From contig PFCO01000001.1 of NCBI GenBank assembly GCA_002772995.1, positions 64,244-128,243 of the forward strand: a stretch of DNA of 64,000 nt, given 5' to 3'. The first letter of the stretch is position 1. Each line of letters begins with the position of its first letter. Positions 61,415 to 64,000 of the stretch are shown here, piece after piece. Under the pieces are notes generated by a model. It ran no database searches. It had not been told where the DNA came from and saw only the letters and a list, made by a program, of their open reading frames with translations. A program made the position numbers and the translations under genes. This DNA comes from Candidatus Niyogibacteria bacterium CG10_big_fil_rev_8_21_14_0_10_46_36 (GTDB taxonomy: Bacteria; Patescibacteriota; Minisyncoccia; 1-14-0-10-42-19).

Positions 61415-63346
61415 TTACCTTTCCGTATAACGCTTTTTTATTTTTTGAACGATAGAATCTGCATGAAGCCCATGGTAACGTAATGCTTCATCAGCAGTTC
61501 CGCACGCCGGGATATCTTCAATGCCAATCGTATACACTATCGGACACTCAATATTCTTTTGATAGAGACGGGTTATTTCTGCCATAAACCGTTCTCCAAG
61601 ACCGGTATCACAATAATGGTCGTCTATCACAAACACGCAAGAGAAATCTTCAAATGCGACACTACGGAGCCAGTTGCCATCAATGCAATTCAGCCACGGC
61701 ATGTTGAATATCGCAACAGAAATGCGTTCTTCCCGCCATGCCTGCTCTGCTGCTATCCATGCCTCGGTGAGCATCACGGGTCCGTACGCAAGAATTGCAA
61801 CATCATCTCCGCCCTTGAGCATCGCTCCCTTCCCCTTTTCAAGTTCATATGCAGGGGCAAGCTCGTATGGACATTCACACGGGACAGTAACAAGCCTGAT
61901 GTATGTACTTTCATCATTCTTTTCTACCGCCCAACGGATTGCCATGCGTGCTTCTTGTTCATTCGCCGGCTGAATGATTGTCATCCCCGGCATCGTCATA
62001 AGCGGGATATCGCGTACTGATTGGTGCGAATGGCCGGGACCCGCAGGAATGAGCCCCGCGAGCGAACCAGTATAAATTATCTTTGTCCGTTCGGTTGCAT
62101 TGTTGTATATCTGTTCATTCGGCCGGAGTGTTAAAAAACATCCAAACGAATGCACAACCGGCAAAAGCCCCCCCAACGCCATACCTCCCGCACGCGATAC
62201 CATGTCTTGTTCTGCTATGCCGCACTGGAAATACCGTTCTGGGAACTCTTCACGAAACTGCACGAGCCCGCAATCTTTTACCAAGTCTGCGTCAAGTGCA
62301 ACGATATCTCCCCGCTCACGCGCCATAGAAACAAGTTCTTCGCCATACGCAGAAACAAGTTTCTCTTGCTTCTTAGCTGAATTGGAAGTGGCAACAGCTG
62401 CCGTGCGCTTACGCACAGCCACCGGATGCATATTAAGCGCTGCGGTTTTTTGGGTGAGCGCAGAAAACAATTCTGCAAAAGCATGCTCGTACCGTTCCTG
62501 CGTAAGAGCGCCACTATGGTATTGATACCAGCCGTCTTCAGAACTATCTTCCATGAAAGAAACACCCTTGCCCTTAACCGTGTGTGCGATGATAACGCGT
62601 GGATTCCCGGGTTTTCTCTGGTCGTAAAATGCATGCCATAGAACATTTTCTAACGCAGAAATATCATGACCATTTATTTCAAAAGCATTCCATCCGAATG
62701 CTTCAAATTTCGCTTTTATGTTCCCGAGGTCGCTCGTTTCGGAAACCAGTCTGTCAGATTGATACTTGTTATGGTCAATAATAACGGTCAGTTCGCTCAT
62801 CTGCTCTGCTTTTGCCGAAACAAGCGATTCCCAGACCTGTCCTTCCTGCAATTCACCATCTCCGCATATAACATACACATTTCCCAGTTTGCCCTGGAGA
62901 CGCTTTGCGGATACCATGCCTTTTGCTTTTGATATTCCCATGCCAAGCGAGCCGGTGTTGGTTACCATACCCGGTATCATCCTGTCGGGGTGGCCTGGGA
63001 GTCCGCCTATTCTTCGCAATGCATGTATTTTTTCAAACGCAAGACGCTCCATACCGATTAACAACGCGTAGAATGCGGGCGCATCATGCCCCTTGGAGCT
63101 GAATATAATATCACTACTATAATCTGCGTTGTTTGGATTGTGTAAGCGACGCACCCAAATCCATGTCAGCATATCTATAACGCTGAAAGATGTCCCGATG
63201 TGCCCCGATCCCGCATTCTGTATCATGTAGAGTGCGTTTATCCGGAAGATATCGGCGAGAACAGGACACAGTGAAAATGTATCCTTAATGCTCTCTCTCA
63301 TCCGCCGGATCTCATCAAGCGGGATGTAATACATTATTTTTTTCAA
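61415..63346 (-). CDS. Transketolase (TPP-binding N-terminal and pyrimidine-binding/C-terminal modules in one 643-aa polypeptide)
   Basis: GSGHIGTSFS TPP motif, GDGELQEG, C-terminal transketolase Pyr and C domains. Confidence 0.8.
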   Translation of the reverse strand: MKKIMYYIPLDEIRRMRESIKDTFSLCPVLADIFRINALYMIQNAGSGHIGTSFSVIDMLTWIWVRRLHNPNNADYSSDIIFSSKGHDAPAFYALLIGMERLAFEKIHALRRIGGLPGHPDRMIPGMVTNTGSLGMGISKAKGMVSAKRLQGKLGNVYVICGDGELQEGQVWESLVSAKAEQMSELTVIIDHNKYQSDRLVSETSDLGNIKAKFEAFGWNAFEINGHDISALENVLWHAFYDQRKPGNPRVIIAHTVKGKGVSFMEDSSEDGWYQYHSGALTQERYEHAFAELFSALTQKTAALNMHPVAVRKRTAAVATSNSAKKQEKLVSAYGEELVSMARERGDIVALDADLVKDCGLVQFREEFPERYFQCGIAEQDMVSRAGGMALGGLLPVVHSFGCFLTLRPNEQIYNNATERTKIIYTGSLAGLIPAGPGHSHQSVRDIPLMTMPGMTIIQPANEQEARMAIRWAVEKNDESTYIRLVTVPCECPYELAPAYELEKGKGAMLKGGDDVAILAYGPVMLTEAWIAAEQAWREERISVAIFNMPWLNCIDGNWLRSVAFEDFSCVFVIDDHYCDTGLGERFMAEITRLYQKNIECPIVYTIGIEDIPACGTADEALRYHGLHADSIVQKIKKRYTER

Positions 63347-63361
63347 GGCAGTAACCTCCCG

Positions 63362-64000
63362 TTAGTAAGCACTGAAGCCGCCATCGGCAATAAACACCGC
63401 GCCGGTAATATATGAGGATGCTTTCTCGGATGCAAGGAAAAGCATAAGTCCGTTATACTCATCTTCGTTTGCCATACGCCCGAGCATTGTTTTTTTCGAA
63501 TACGCGCGCACGAACGAATCATCTTGCTTCGCATACACACCTCCCAGCACAACGCAATTGACACGAATGGGTAACGACTGTTCTGCGCAGTACCCCGCAA
63601 GCCATCGCGTGAACCCTATCATCCCCGCTTTTGCGGTCGTGTAAGAATCCGGCTTAAAAAACTCAGCTCCATCATTGCGGCGAAAATCATAGAGGGACTG
63701 GTCGGGAGAGACTATCCCGTAGAGTGACGAGACATTGATGATGCTTGATTTCTGTGCTGGTATCTTTCGGCTCAGCGCGCGTATAAAGCTGCGCGACATA
63801 ACCCGGGCGCTCTTTAGATGAGACATAAGAACCTTTTCCCACGCCTCTTCATCAGTATGCTCAAACCGCCCAAAATCTTTCTCAGACGCATTTGGCGGCG
63901 CATCAATTCCGGCATTGTTGACAAGAATACTTGGAACATTCTCATCATATAGAGAGAGAAGCTCCATAAGTGAATAGACTTCTTCTTTGTTCGTTATATC
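63362..64000 (-). CDS. Short-chain dehydrogenase/reductase (SDR), partial: N-terminus beyond window end
   Basis: LVNNAG, catalytic YTTAKAG (YxxxK), IRVNCVVLGG. The reading frame continues open past 63967 to position 64000, so the Rossmann N-terminus is outside the window. Confidence 0.8.
   Translation of the reverse strand, partial: DITNKEEVYSLMELLSLYDENVPSILVNNAGIDAPPNASEKDFGRFEHTDEEAWEKVLMSHLKSARVMSRSFIRALSRKIPAQKSSIINVSSLYGIVSPDQSLYDFRRNDGAEFFKPDSYTTAKAGMIGFTRWLAGYCAEQSLPIRVNCVVLGGVYAKQDDSFVRAYSKKTMLGRMANEDEYNGLMLFLASEKASSYITGAVFIADGGFSAY

Overview
This 64 kb window is a gene-dense bacterial segment using the standard genetic code. About 95% of it is coding, and nearly every gene lies on the minus strand. 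The small proteins, the lysine/alanine-rich tails on GyrB and the nucleotide-sugar dehydrogenase, the missing L1 gene after rplK, and the overall gene content suggest a Candidate Phyla Radiation (Patescibacteria/Parcubacteria-like) genome. That placement is inference only.

On the minus strand, reading from low to high coordinates, the window contains:
- the heat-shock operon hrcA-grpE-dnaK-dnaJ, with a perfect CIRCE operator (TTAGCACTC-N9-GAGTGCTAA) upstream of hrcA;
- a secreted histidine/lysine-rich protein with a near-consensus promoter;
- the ribosomal/RNA-polymerase alpha-operon segment infA-rpmJ-rpsM-rpsK-rpsD-rpoA-rplQ, followed by rplM-rpsI;
- two hypothetical proteins, one an actin-fold ATPase;
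- a short alaS;
- secD and secF;
- a deoxynucleotide-metabolism island: an HD-domain dGTPase-like gene, a folA::purS fusion, thyA, tmk, a Nudix hydrolase, dut on the plus strand, and a dCMP deaminase;
- rplK-nusG-secE, then gyrB, pheS and pyrH;
- an operon with a histidine kinase, three tandem stand-alone receiver proteins and a fused CdaA-CdaR c-di-AMP synthase;
- tRNA-Asp and tRNA-Met(CAT);
- corA, guaA and a CYTH-domain protein.

The right-hand ~30 kb is a surface-glycan locus. It contains a phosphoglycosyl transferase, a TagD/HldE-like nucleotidyltransferase, two GalE-like epimerases, a GT4 glycosyltransferase, a UDP-sugar dehydrogenase, an O-antigen-ligase/TPR protein, the sialic/nonulosonic-acid genes neuC-neuA-neuB, a CotH-like kinase/beta-helix + VTC + DUF4956 cassette, two methyltransferases, two paralogous TagF-like transferases, an aldehyde dehydrogenase, a transketolase and a short-chain dehydrogenase. 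This locus is interrupted by secA, hpf, and a 500-bp AT-rich intergenic region that carries a promoter/terminator pair and a palindromic structured element.

No CRISPR arrays, rRNA genes, transposases or integrases were seen.
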